Shown: positions 38,531 to 49,472 of the stretch, piece after piece
How the letters are laid out: every line of letters starts with the position of its first letter
How positions within the stretch are numbered: the first letter of the stretch is position 1
Virus record (IMG/VR): IMGVR_UViG_3300016725_000002
Location: 1-64,000 of that record
Source of the DNA: a virus
Lineage: Duplodnaviria; Caudoviricetes
Reading direction: 5' to 3' (one strand)
DNA length: 64,000 nt
The notes under the pieces: generated by a model
What the model was told of the DNA's origin: nothing
Database searches by the model: none
Seen by the model: only the letters and a program-made list of their open reading frames with translations
Position numbers and translations under genes: made by a program

Positions 38531-39322
38531 TTAACCTCCAAATAACTGCTTTAATTTTAATCGTTGCTGCAAATATTGAGAATGCAATGCGTATAATCCA
38601 AAACAATTTCTAAAACAATAAGAACAATTTTCAGTATTCTTAGCAAATATACTAGTTGTTAATACTGCTACTAGATTTTCATAAGTTAATGGAATTTGAA
38701 TGTAAGAATTATAACAACTACACATTGCAATTGTATGTCTAGTTAAATTAATTGTTATATATGGTGTATAATTTCTACATACCATTCTATCTTTTTCAAT
38801 TATAGAAATATCTGGTTTAACCAGATTGGGATAAGGCAAGTCAAGCATTGAATAATCAAACTGTTTTGTTAATGGATCGCCTTCAAGATATATTGCATCA
38901 TATACTTCTGAAGTATATCTATTTGAATCTTGAATACTAGAAAATATTGTCCATATCTTAGCCTTTCCTGCATATTGTTTAGCTAAATATTCATCTTCTG
39001 GTATTGCAATATGTAATGAAGTTGGTAAATCAATAGAATATTTTAATATATCACCAGTTGTGGATAACATAGATATAGGTAATTTATCAAGAATATATTG
39101 TAATTTGTTTTCAGTACATAATCCAGGTTCACCAATACCGCCGAGTATAAATTCATGAGGAATATTTAATTTATCGTGTATTGTTAATAACAGTTGAATT
39201 GATTCATCTAATTTATTATCTAATTCGATTTGTCGTCTATCATCATAATTAGGTAAATTACAGTAGTCACAAAAACAGAATTTATTACACTTCTCACATA
39301 TAGTTATTTCAAATGTAATCAT
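38531..39322 (-). CDS. divergent radical SAM protein
   Basis: Atypical CEKCNKFCFCDYC, GIGEPGL; LTYENL...CSYC C-terminus. Confidence 0.75.
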   Translation of the reverse strand: MITFEITICEKCNKFCFCDYCNLPNYDDRRQIELDNKLDESIQLLLTIHDKLNIPHEFILGGIGEPGLCTENKLQYILDKLPISMLSTTGDILKYSIDLPTSLHIAIPEDEYLAKQYAGKAKIWTIFSSIQDSNRYTSEVYDAIYLEGDPLTKQFDYSMLDLPYPNLVKPDISIIEKDRMVCRNYTPYITINLTRHTIAMCSCYNSYIQIPLTYENLVAVLTTSIFAKNTENCSYCFRNCFGLYALHSQYLQQRLKLKQLFGG

Positions 39323-40191
39323 GCATCATCTCCATAATTGAGTTGATAATAATAATGACATCCTTCACAATACTTTGGTAATTCATCTAAATTGAATAAT
39401 TTATTTGTATATAAAGATATTAAGTTGTGCTGATTAATTTCTTGTGTAATACTTTTATTAAAGAGATTACCACATTGATATATAACTTTACGCTCTACAT
39501 CAATAGCACAAGTATAATAAGAATTAGCACATTGTAATCTTTGTTCATTATATTTTTGAGGATTTAAAATACAATCTAGCACTTCATTACACTTTAATTG
39601 ATACATATGATTTGGATACATATTAATAAAGGAACGTATATCCTGTACTAAATCAGTTACTTTTATTGAATCTACTTTATTATTAACTATTTTGAACTCT
39701 GAAAATGTACTTAGATAATTAGTTTCATCAGGATGATGTAATAAATATGCTAATATATTCTTGGTTAATATAACCAAATTACGCTGGTTCTTCACATAAT
39801 CCATATTATAAAACTTCAACAATTCTGTTTCAGTTGCATCATAAATTAGATGTTCGTTATACCAAAGTTTTGGTCTATCACATATAGTTATTCTTTTTCT
39901 AACTAATCCATTAGATAAGATTTGAAATCTAGTTACATTAGGATAGCTATAAACTAGATTCATTGCATCAACTAAATTGGTTGCTAACCCAGGCTCACCA
40001 CCTGAAAATTCAACAAACATAGGTATATGTAATTTAGCGTATGTTGTTAACACTTGTTCTATTAACTTAATATCAATTGTATAACTCTTATTATTTATAT
40101 GAACATTGTTTTCATATACTGGATAGTTACAATATGAACAATGCTGATTACAATTATGCGAAAGAATAAACTCAAGAAAGATTGGTTTCAT
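39319..40191 (-). CDS. radical SAM protein (GGEPGL subfamily)
   Basis: CNQHCSYC, SNGLVR, EHLI; start reassigned to ATG 40191 (MKPIFLE, AAGGA RBS). Confidence 0.9.
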   Translation of the reverse strand: MKPIFLEFILSHNCNQHCSYCNYPVYENNVHINNKSYTIDIKLIEQVLTTYAKLHIPMFVEFSGGEPGLATNLVDAMNLVYSYPNVTRFQILSNGLVRKRITICDRPKLWYNEHLIYDATETELLKFYNMDYVKNQRNLVILTKNILAYLLHHPDETNYLSTFSEFKIVNNKVDSIKVTDLVQDIRSFINMYPNHMYQLKCNEVLDCILNPQKYNEQRLQCANSYYTCAIDVERKVIYQCGNLFNKSITQEINQHNLISLYTNKLFNLDELPKYCEGCHYYYQLNYGDDA

Positions 40192-41767
40192 AATAGATTT
40201 CCTTAAATTTACTCCATACAGTTTGTTTATCTCCATATTTTTCATATAATGCAAATACAATATTAATTCTATTATCAAAACAAATAAGTTTATCAAAGTT
40301 CTTTATAAAACTAGTTCCATAGTTTTTCAATCTATTAAAGATGTTAACCATTCCAGATTTTTCTAAATATTGAAATAAATTATACTTTGTATCTAAAGTT
40401 ATCTGAAATTTTTCAGGGTTTCTATGAAATTCACAATCATAATATAGAATAAATAAATTATATATAATTGTATTAATAACATCTTCATTGAAGTTTTCTT
40501 GAATCCAAGTTAATGAATCTTCAAATTCTGTAACAGAAGCATAAGGCATATTGCCAATAAAATTAGTACAAATGAACATATTATGTTCATGTAGAATCAT
40601 AATTTTTTCTTGAATCTCTTTTAGTGTAATATATTTTTGAATATACTTAAGATGTTCATCATTAGCAGATTCAATACCAACATTAACTGCTTTTACACCT
40701 ATCTCCTGCATTAATGCTACTTTTTCTTCAGTAATATCTTTTAATCTAGCACCTACAAACAAGTTTAGTTTTAAATTATTTCTACTAATGAAATTTGCTA
40801 AAGGATCAAGTATTCTAAAATTAGACACACTTGGGTCTAATAACATACATGAATTGAAACCAACATCTGTAAATGATTTAAAACCCACTAATGATTTTTC
40901 AATATCTCCAACAGAGTGTTCAGTTGTTCCCTTAGCACTATTTGTACAAAAAGCACAAACTCCATTACAATAATGAGATTTACTTAAATTATAAATAAAG
41001 GTTTTTATATTTGTGTCAAAACCTACAATATGTTTTAAATTACAATCATATAAAGAGTCATTCATTTTTTCATTAAACGTATAATCTTGAAGTTCTGAAA
41101 CAAAGTTAACATCTAATTTTTGAAAATTAACATTAGTATCAAATTGATTTAGGTTCTTTCCTAATACTATTTTAAACTTTGAGAATTTATCTAATTCTTC
41201 TTTACATATATCTTCAAAAAACTCACCACCAATAAAGATATTAGTTGTTTTAGTATAAATAGTTTCAAGGATACTTTTATTATATGTAAGTATATTCATC
41301 CCAGCTTCTGATTGTTTAGAAATACTATAGTACACTTCACTATGCTCTTCAATTGTAGAGTCTATAATTGTATAAATATATTGCATCATTTCATCTACTT
41401 GTTCTTGACTGGAAAATGAATAACAATTCGTTTTATTAAGAATTAATGTATCTAAATCAAGTATAATATCAGGCTTAAAAAAGTTAGCTAAAATATAAAT
41501 GTTATAAGGAAATACTTTATCAATATAATTAGGTTTAAATATTTCAGTATTACGATTTACTAAATTAATTGCATCATCTCTATTTAAATCACTAAATATA
41601 AGACGGCGTTTAGTATAGAAATGAGCAGGTTCAATATTAATATTTATATCATTTTGTTCACCCTTAACTATTATTCGTTTATTTTGAGTATAAATAATCT
41701 TGTTATCAATTGTTAATGGGTATTTTCTAGCAAAGGCTGTTGTTAACCCATTAATTAAAATCTTCAT
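40172..41767 (-). CDS. cobalamin-binding-type (class B-like) radical SAM protein
   Basis: N-terminal DLD...YYS...IFIGG, CNGVCAFC, GIESAN, NFI..MP. Confidence 0.8.
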   Translation of the reverse strand: MKILINGLTTAFARKYPLTIDNKIIYTQNKRIIVKGEQNDININIEPAHFYTKRRLIFSDLNRDDAINLVNRNTEIFKPNYIDKVFPYNIYILANFFKPDIILDLDTLILNKTNCYSFSSQEQVDEMMQYIYTIIDSTIEEHSEVYYSISKQSEAGMNILTYNKSILETIYTKTTNIFIGGEFFEDICKEELDKFSKFKIVLGKNLNQFDTNVNFQKLDVNFVSELQDYTFNEKMNDSLYDCNLKHIVGFDTNIKTFIYNLSKSHYCNGVCAFCTNSAKGTTEHSVGDIEKSLVGFKSFTDVGFNSCMLLDPSVSNFRILDPLANFISRNNLKLNLFVGARLKDITEEKVALMQEIGVKAVNVGIESANDEHLKYIQKYITLKEIQEKIMILHEHNMFICTNFIGNMPYASVTEFEDSLTWIQENFNEDVINTIIYNLFILYYDCEFHRNPEKFQITLDTKYNLFQYLEKSGMVNIFNRLKNYGTSFIKNFDKLICFDNRINIVFALYEKYGDKQTVWSKFKEIYYETNLS

Positions 41768-42595
41768 TTAAACCTCATAGTAATAACAATTATTACATAT
41801 ATCAGAAATAGTAAATAGTTCTCTTTTGTATAATGAAATTAGATTAGGTCGTGTAATTGGTACTGACTCTGTATTTACAATGTTAGCACTACATTTAAGA
41901 ATAAGTTTTCTATCAATATCTAATGCAGCAGCCTCATGAGTTGTATTACAACGTAATTGAGCATCCTTAGCTACAGAAGAATCTTGTTTAAAATGTAAAG
42001 CTTTAAATGCTTCAACTGCATCCAATCCCTCAATATTATTATCAAGAGTATAGAAAGTTTGAAGATCATCAAAGTATTGTTCTACTGAATCATTATCTGA
42101 TTTAGGATTAAATATTTTAAAATATGTATTGCTCTCTTTTAATTGTAAATATAATGCTCTATTATTTAGCAAAGCTTTAGTTGTTTTATTAGTCATTACA
42201 ACTATATTTAGATGATTACTATTTTCTTTTGATAATAAAGGCATATCATAAAATTTATTAAGTGTAGTTGATACATCTGAAATCAAGTGTTCATTATATT
42301 TCTTATCAACTAAAAATTCAATTCCATATTTCTTTCGCACTAAACCATTAGAAATAATTTGAATACTTTGTGTATTACGGTAAGAATTAATTAAATTACA
42401 ACATTCAACTAAATTGGTTGCTAACCCAGGTTCACCACCAATTAAGATGATATTTAATTTTGTAAATATAAATGAATCTAAAATATACTTAATATAATCT
42501 AAATCAATTTCATACTCAATATTTTGTGAATTTCTATAGTAACAATAATAGCAAGATTGATTACATTTATGTGAAAGTATTAATTCGAGATGCAT
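41768..42595 (-). CDS. radical SAM protein (GGEPGL subfamily)
   Basis: CNQSCYYC; C-terminal CNNCYY. Confidence 0.9.
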   Translation of the reverse strand: MHLELILSHKCNQSCYYCYYRNSQNIEYEIDLDYIKYILDSFIFTKLNIILIGGEPGLATNLVECCNLINSYRNTQSIQIISNGLVRKKYGIEFLVDKKYNEHLISDVSTTLNKFYDMPLLSKENSNHLNIVVMTNKTTKALLNNRALYLQLKESNTYFKIFNPKSDNDSVEQYFDDLQTFYTLDNNIEGLDAVEAFKALHFKQDSSVAKDAQLRCNTTHEAAALDIDRKLILKCSANIVNTESVPITRPNLISLYKRELFTISDICNNCYYYEV

Positions 42596-44268
42596 ATATC
42601 TCTCACTATCTTATTTTCTTGGATATGCTTTTCATATATCTTTTTATATCTTTTCCACACTTCTTCTTTTGTTTTAAACATATCATACAAGGCGTAAACA
42701 ACTTGATAATGATAATCTACGTTATGGACTTTATCAATTACATTTGCAAAATCAGCCATATCTCTACACTTCTTTTCTAAGACTGCTCCAAAAGAATTTA
42801 ATCTATTATCTTCTGAGTAAAATATTTTATTTTTGATTTGCATAGTTTTAATTTCATGTTCATGTGGATGTGATGCAAGTGGAGCGTTAGGATATAAATG
42901 TAATGCATTAATAATAATACTATTTATTACTCCATCACCTAAATTAGAACAATAATCATAAACATATTGCGATTCATTTTCTATAGCGTAAGGCATACTG
43001 ATAATAAAATTAGTATTTATAAATATATCATTCTTATGTAATAAATTTAACTTATCTGGTAGGGTATCAATATTAATCTTCTTATTGATAACTCGTAAAA
43101 CTTCTTTATTAATACTTTCTACACCTAAATTAGCAATAACTATATTACATTCTCTCATACCTTGTGCAATGTCTGCATCTACATCGCGTACACGAACACC
43201 TGCATATGAATATAACTTAATATTATGCTGTTGGATATAATTACAATACATATCAAATAGATATTTGCTAGTAATAGCACAATCTGTAAAACATACAGCA
43301 TTATATCCATTATCAGTGAATGACTTTAATCCATCCAAGGCTTTAGTTATTTTCGTTTTATCTGGTTTAGAATTTTTAGAAGTAAAATCACAAAATGCAC
43401 ATTTCTCTCTACATTCTCTACTTAATTCTAATGAATATATGAAACATTTAATAAACTTATCATTAAATTTAGGTGAAGCATCTTCAGGTATACCGGAGTT
43501 AGTAAATAAATCATTAACATAGTTGTAATGACTAGGCTGTTCAATTTTTTCATCAAACATGTATGTTTCTGAATTTGGAGTATACACCCAATGATTAATA
43601 TATTGAGATTGACCATTGAACTTGAAATTTTCTAAATTCATTCCCCTAACAATAGGCCAACGTGAACTAATATCATGATAAGCAGATGTATATTGTCCTG
43701 AATTTCCACCAATATAAATATCTGTAGTGATAGTTGAAATATAATCTAAAAGCAAATAGTTATAATAAGTACAATGTTCCATAACTTGTGGACGTTGCAT
43801 TAAACTAAAAAATACAATATCATTCTTGTTTACTTCTTCTTTAATCTTCTGTTTTGCTAATGTCATTAATTCATCAAGGTTTTCTTGACTAGTGGCTGAC
43901 ATATTTTTATTATAATTGATTAGGTATGAATCTAAATCAATAATTTTCATATCATAATCTTTCTTAAAATAATTGTAAATTACAAATGGGCCATAGGATA
44001 CATATGAATTAACATGATACGGATTAAATTCATGACAAGATATTTCAAAAGCTTGTTGAGCATTTTCTATATCGTTGGTATAACCATCAAAAATAATATC
44101 CTTAAAAATATGAGATTGCATATTAGTATATTTAATATCTAAAGGTTTTTCAGTATTAATACATGTAAAATTAACCTTATGATATGGTATGTACCATTTA
44201 TCAAATCTGCCAGTTAAACGCTTATGAAAGGTATTAATTAATCCATTGATAACTACGATTCTTTTCAT
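42580..44268 (-). CDS. cobalamin-binding-type radical SAM protein
   Basis: IIDLD...FFS...IYIGG, SRECREKCAFC, GVES....L..INK, NFIISMP. Confidence 0.85.
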   Translation of the reverse strand: MKRIVVINGLINTFHKRLTGRFDKWYIPYHKVNFTCINTEKPLDIKYTNMQSHIFKDIIFDGYTNDIENAQQAFEISCHEFNPYHVNSYVSYGPFVIYNYFKKDYDMKIIDLDSYLINYNKNMSATSQENLDELMTLAKQKIKEEVNKNDIVFFSLMQRPQVMEHCTYYNYLLLDYISTITTDIYIGGNSGQYTSAYHDISSRWPIVRGMNLENFKFNGQSQYINHWVYTPNSETYMFDEKIEQPSHYNYVNDLFTNSGIPEDASPKFNDKFIKCFIYSLELSRECREKCAFCDFTSKNSKPDKTKITKALDGLKSFTDNGYNAVCFTDCAITSKYLFDMYCNYIQQHNIKLYSYAGVRVRDVDADIAQGMRECNIVIANLGVESINKEVLRVINKKINIDTLPDKLNLLHKNDIFINTNFIISMPYAIENESQYVYDYCSNLGDGVINSIIINALHLYPNAPLASHPHEHEIKTMQIKNKIFYSEDNRLNSFGAVLEKKCRDMADFANVIDKVHNVDYHYQVVYALYDMFKTKEEVWKRYKKIYEKHIQENKIVRDICISN

Positions 44269-44277
44269 AATTCTCCT

Positions 44278-45975
44278 TTAAAGTTGATTAAAGTTCATAT
44301 CAGGATATGATGAACGTAATTTTTCCATTATCAATTTAATATTTCCATTGTAGTATTTATGTAAAACATATATCAAATTATACTGAATAAAAAATGTAGG
44401 GCGTAATACATTATATAAATATGAAACATTGTCAGAAGAACTAAATGAATCTTCACATACTAAATTCATTGTTTCATCAAAAGTTTTGCCTGGAATTTTA
44501 AATATATAAGTATTAGGAATAGACATAATTTTATGTTTTTTCTTTACATTATAGGATAGTTCAGAAGGATATAATACATATGGGTAATAATAAATAATAT
44601 TAAATATATCTCTTCCGCCACTATCTTTAATGAACTGCCTCATATATTTAAGTTCATCTTTTTCAAAGTTAGGAATACCTAAAATAATGTTGATTATATT
44701 AAAGATACCTTTACTTGAAAGATAAGCTAAATGCTCTGCTGCTTTTTCAAGTGTAAAACCTTTACCAATATATTCAAGTCGTTCATTTGAAGTAGCTGTT
44801 TCCACACCAATACTAGCAAGTATACAACCTGCTTCTGAAATCATATCTGTAACATGAGTTGAAATATTACGAAGGTTCAAGCCACATAACCATTTTAAAT
44901 CTAAATTATTCTTTACAATATAGTTGCATAAATATTCTAAATATTGCAAGTTGCTATTAATACTTGGATCTAAGCATAACATAAAATTATAACCTGCATC
45001 ATAATATTGTTGAATCTGTTGACAACTCAAATCAAAATCTCGCTTATCTGTAATCAAACCGTTCTTACAAGTATTTAATAATTTCATATGAGAAGAATTT
45101 AAACAAAAAATACATTTATTAGAACAGTACATTGAAGTTACATATTCAAAACTTTTACAAGTCTTTTGTTCAAACTCAGGTGTACAATCAAGTGTAACAT
45201 CACATTTATTTAGTATGTCTTTAAATGTATAAGAGTCTTGCTGGTTAATTAAATTTTGAGAATATTTCAATGGTGAAAATATATTGTTTTCTGGTAAGTC
45301 AATCACTTCAGAAGTATCATTTAAATCAAGATAATCTAAGTTTCTACCTAAAACTAATGAAGTATTATTTATTGCATGTGGTTTATCTACTTTGCATGCC
45401 AATCCATGACCACCAATAAGAAACCTATCATGTTTAATGCTATTAGCAAGTTGAAAAGCATGGGAGGTTATTCTATAACCAATTAATTCCATTTTTAAAT
45501 CTGAAATCTTATTAGTTGAGAAAAATATGTAATTATATTGTTTATCCATGTAAGGTTTAAATAAAGAATCAATATATGCATATACTTTCTCATAATCTAA
45601 CACATCAAGGACATTAGCGTAATATTCATTCAATAGTTTTTCATCAATATCTAATACTTCATACTGAATATTGTTTAGTATACAATAGTTAATTAAATAT
45701 GTTTTCTTTAATGAATTATAATTAAACTTTGCACTATGTCTAACTTGAATATCATTTATTTCTTTATCAATATCCGTTGTATCATTGACATAAGGATAAA
45801 CCATTGTATCTAAATCTTTTACGAATAAACGTGACTTTTTATAATGTAATGTAGGATTACGCAATAAATCAAAGTTCATGCTAAGATAACTGTGAATATA
45901 ATCATGAAATACATAATCTCTATGACAAAACTTACTAGAAATATAGGTATTAAAAATTAACAAAGCAGTCTTCAT
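44278..45975 (-). CDS. cobalamin-binding-type radical SAM protein
   Basis: FFS...FLIGG, CSNKCIFC, AGC....GVET...L..IGKG, ILGIP. Confidence 0.85.
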   Translation of the reverse strand: MKTALLIFNTYISSKFCHRDYVFHDYIHSYLSMNFDLLRNPTLHYKKSRLFVKDLDTMVYPYVNDTTDIDKEINDIQVRHSAKFNYNSLKKTYLINYCILNNIQYEVLDIDEKLLNEYYANVLDVLDYEKVYAYIDSLFKPYMDKQYNYIFFSTNKISDLKMELIGYRITSHAFQLANSIKHDRFLIGGHGLACKVDKPHAINNTSLVLGRNLDYLDLNDTSEVIDLPENNIFSPLKYSQNLINQQDSYTFKDILNKCDVTLDCTPEFEQKTCKSFEYVTSMYCSNKCIFCLNSSHMKLLNTCKNGLITDKRDFDLSCQQIQQYYDAGYNFMLCLDPSINSNLQYLEYLCNYIVKNNLDLKWLCGLNLRNISTHVTDMISEAGCILASIGVETATSNERLEYIGKGFTLEKAAEHLAYLSSKGIFNIINIILGIPNFEKDELKYMRQFIKDSGGRDIFNIIYYYPYVLYPSELSYNVKKKHKIMSIPNTYIFKIPGKTFDETMNLVCEDSFSSSDNVSYLYNVLRPTFFIQYNLIYVLHKYYNGNIKLIMEKLRSSYPDMNFNQL

Positions 45976-47558
45976 AATTCGCTCCCTGAAAAACCCACTA
46001 GTTCTTTAGTTTTAAGAAACTCCGAATAATATCTCCACACAATTCTTTTTTCAGTATACTTTGCATATAATGCAAAGATATAGTTAATATAACTATCCAA
46101 CTTGTTAAATCTATCAACATATTTTTTGTAAGTTTGCATAGTAATACTCAGTCTATTTAAATTATTATACTGCTTACTTATTTCTTCTAAATATAAATTG
46201 TAATTTTTATGAGATGCAACTTTTATATGAAATTTAGTAGGATCATCATAAAAATGAATTCCTTTATATAAACTAAATATACTATGTTGTACTCCATTTA
46301 TAAGGCCATCTTCATAGGAATCAAGTAGATTAATTAAGTCTTGAACTTCAGTTTTTCTTGCATAAGGCATATTAAATATAAAATTAGTTTGAATAAATAT
46401 ATTATTTTGGTGAAGAGCAGTTAATTTTTCTTCAATCTGAGTTAGAGTTAAATTCTTACGAATATACTTTAAATGTTCATTGTTGCTTGCTTCAATTCCA
46501 ACATTAACTGCTTTTACTCCTAATTCTCGTAAAGCAACAGCTTTATCTTTAGATATATCTTTTAAACATGTTCCACAAAATATGGACATTTTAATATTAT
46601 TCTTCATAATATAATTATATACATTATCAAATGTATATGGATCAAGTAAGTTAGGATCAATTAGTATTACACCATTAAAACCATTCTCATAATAAGATTT
46701 TAAATTATCACATGATTTAGAATAATCTTGTTTTTTAAACTTTTTAACTACACAAGAATTACTACAAAAAGCACATCTACCAGTACATGTAGTATACCCA
46801 GAAATATGGTAGACTAAAGTACGCATTTTAATATCACCAAAAGTTTCTATATATTTATTATCTAATAAATTGGTATAGTTGTCATGAAATTGCAAATATT
46901 CTTCAAAGTTTCCATCATCTAAATTAAGTAGTTTAGATTTTCTAAATTTAGTTAAATTTGAACCTTTAACTAAATTAAAAGATTTAAGTTTAACCATAGG
47001 TAAAGAATTATTTACACCCATATCATTAACACCAGTACCACCAACATATAAATTTTTAGTTTTAGATCGTATTTTATCTAATAATTTTAAATTCCAATAA
47101 CAATTCATTTGTACACAGAAAGAATGCCTAGTATAACTATATAAAACTTCATCCGTTGATTTTATATCATCAAGGGCTAAATTAACTGCTTCCATTTTAT
47201 CATTAAAAGAACCTGTAGTAGTTAAAAATATTTCATCTAAATCAATAAATTTATCAGGCTTGAAATAGCTATTTAATAAATAACTAGTATAATAAAGGAT
47301 ATTACTTGTATAATCCAAATTTGTAATAAATGGAAAATTATCAAAAACTTCTTGAATTTCGTCTTGAGATAAATTTGAATATACATAACAAAATTCCTCA
47401 ATTACTTGTTTGTAATATAAAGTAAAATTAAACTTTTCAACACTTGATTTTTTATCAAATATCCAACCATCATGTGTAAAATAAATTAAAATATCCTTAT
47501 ATTTAGCAGGATATGATATACGAGTTGAATAAGTTAAACCTTGAATAAATATTAACAT
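45972..47558 (-). CDS. cobalamin-binding-type radical SAM protein
   Basis: CTGRCAFC; GVKAVNVGIE..N.EHLKYI shared with 40172..41767. Confidence 0.8.
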   Translation of the reverse strand: MLIFIQGLTYSTRISYPAKYKDILIYFTHDGWIFDKKSSVEKFNFTLYYKQVIEEFCYVYSNLSQDEIQEVFDNFPFITNLDYTSNILYYTSYLLNSYFKPDKFIDLDEIFLTTTGSFNDKMEAVNLALDDIKSTDEVLYSYTRHSFCVQMNCYWNLKLLDKIRSKTKNLYVGGTGVNDMGVNNSLPMVKLKSFNLVKGSNLTKFRKSKLLNLDDGNFEEYLQFHDNYTNLLDNKYIETFGDIKMRTLVYHISGYTTCTGRCAFCSNSCVVKKFKKQDYSKSCDNLKSYYENGFNGVILIDPNLLDPYTFDNVYNYIMKNNIKMSIFCGTCLKDISKDKAVALRELGVKAVNVGIEASNNEHLKYIRKNLTLTQIEEKLTALHQNNIFIQTNFIFNMPYARKTEVQDLINLLDSYEDGLINGVQHSIFSLYKGIHFYDDPTKFHIKVASHKNYNLYLEEISKQYNNLNRLSITMQTYKKYVDRFNKLDSYINYIFALYAKYTEKRIVWRYYSEFLKTKELVGFSGSEL

Positions 47559-48386
47559 TTATTCTTCAACATCATAATAATAACATTTTTCACATAGGGA
47601 ACTAAAATTAAATAACTTTTTATTCAGTAATGCAATTAGATTATCTGAATTAATCTCATAGGATTTACTTAAAATAGGATTACCACCACATTGTAAAATT
47701 GAGTTTGAATCTAAATCCAAGGTTGCACTAGTATGAGATAGACAACAACTTCTTTTATTTTCGATATGTAAATTTGAATCTCTATAGGAAGCTAACTGTT
47801 TTAATTCCCTAATTAAACCATATTTTATATAAAAGGAATATAGAGAATCATAATAAGTATTAAGATCAATAAAATTATTATTCTTTTTATTTAAAATTTT
47901 AAATTCAGAAAATTCTAGTAATTCAGTTGCTAATTCAGTATTATTTAATAATGATTCTGTGGTATGTTTTGTCATTATTACTATATTTTTATTTGTTTTT
48001 GATGAAACAAAAGGCATATCATAAAATTTAATAATTTTATTTTTATAAATTTCAAGTATTAAATGTTCTTCATACCGTATATCTGAAGTAAAATCAAAAT
48101 TCTGCCGAACCAATCCATTTGAAACAATATTTAAATCATTTTTATTTTTCAAGTTTGGTAGAGATAAAAAGTAATCAACTAATTGAGGTAAATTATTACA
48201 TAACCCAGGTTCACCACCACTTAAACACACTGAAATATCTTTAAATATGATAAAAAATTTCATTATATATTTGATATAATCTAAATCTACTTCATAAGAA
48301 TTTTTATTGTGATGATGTAAGTAACAATAATAACAATTTTTATTACAGTTATTAGATAGCATAAATTCTAAGTGAAATTTATGCAT
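47559..48386 (-). CDS. radical SAM protein (GGEPGL subfamily)
   Basis: CNKNCYYC; paralog of 41768..42595. Confidence 0.9.
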   Translation of the reverse strand: MHKFHLEFMLSNNCNKNCYYCYLHHHNKNSYEVDLDYIKYIMKFFIIFKDISVCLSGGEPGLCNNLPQLVDYFLSLPNLKNKNDLNIVSNGLVRQNFDFTSDIRYEEHLILEIYKNKIIKFYDMPFVSSKTNKNIVIMTKHTTESLLNNTELATELLEFSEFKILNKKNNNFIDLNTYYDSLYSFYIKYGLIRELKQLASYRDSNLHIENKRSCCLSHTSATLDLDSNSILQCGGNPILSKSYEINSDNLIALLNKKLFNFSSLCEKCYYYDVEE

Positions 48387-49472
48387 TTATTTTTCTCGTA
48401 CAATGTCCAGTGTAAAACAATGAAAACCTCCACCAAATAAACGTCTATGTCTATGTTGAACAGGAATTGGTTCAAATCCTTCATTACTTAACGTATCACA
48501 AAGTTCAGGGAATAAAGAGTTGCACATAATACGTTTTCCATCAATGCTTAATACATTTATATCAATGAACGGGCCAGCTAAACGTAAATCATCAAAACCA
48601 TATGCAGGAAAATGATTATCATTTGATACAGGAGCATACACTAATTTCCAATCTTTTAAGAAATCAGGAAGAATATCACGAATAAATGTATTTCGTACTA
48701 ATAAAGTACCTTCACATAAAGGAACAATATAACTGTCTAAATGATTATCCGTTATGGAACGTACAATATGAAAATGGTATTCAGGAAATTGACGAATCAA
48801 CCACTCTGCACCTAGTCTATGATTATGTGTACTAACATTAACAATAATATCTTTTCCAAATCTAACTAGCTGTGCAGCATCAATCATCATTTCATGACCT
48901 AAACCAAAATTCAATTCTATTGGATCTAATTTTTGTGTATTTTCAATTGGAAATGTTTCAGCAATACTTTCAGTATCGAATGATGAATCTAACATCATAG
49001 GTTTAGGCATTTCAAACCACTGACAATCACCACGAGAAAAGAAATCATAGAAAACAGGTTTAAGTAAATCATTTTCAAAATATCTATATCTAACTTGTGG
49101 TGCTAATTCAACAATACGATTACCTAGAATAACTACTTGGTCACGAATATTAAGTGCAGGAATCATTGTGCTTTTATAATAAGGTGTTTTATATGGAACA
49201 GGAGCAGATAAAGTTTTAGGACGATGCACTATAATACCAAGTGATTCTAATACATTTTTCATATTTTCAACATCTTCAGTTAATTCTTGTAAATATTGTT
49301 TCTTTACTTGAAATTTATTTTCATTATCTCGTCTACTATATACTTCAGAATAATGTTCAGCATAAAATAATTTAAATGATAGTTCTAAAGCAGGTAATTG
49401 AAAGTTTAATGGTGAACCTAAAACTACTTCTTTTAAAGGCGACCATTCATTGTTAGAATAAACCGTATTCAT
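48387..49472 (-). CDS. amidinotransferase (glycine/inosamine-phosphate amidinotransferase, StrB1-like)
   Basis: NEWSPLKEVVLG, RD, RYFE, DAA, HLDS and GGGFHCFTLD motifs, including the Asp/His/Cys catalytic residues. Confidence 0.9.
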   Translation of the reverse strand: MNTVYSNNEWSPLKEVVLGSPLNFQLPALELSFKLFYAEHYSEVYSRRDNENKFQVKKQYLQELTEDVENMKNVLESLGIIVHRPKTLSAPVPYKTPYYKSTMIPALNIRDQVVILGNRIVELAPQVRYRYFENDLLKPVFYDFFSRGDCQWFEMPKPMMLDSSFDTESIAETFPIENTQKLDPIELNFGLGHEMMIDAAQLVRFGKDIIVNVSTHNHRLGAEWLIRQFPEYHFHIVRSITDNHLDSYIVPLCEGTLLVRNTFIRDILPDFLKDWKLVYAPVSNDNHFPAYGFDDLRLAGPFIDINVLSIDGKRIMCNSLFPELCDTLSNEGFEPIPVQHRHRRLFGGGFHCFTLDIVREK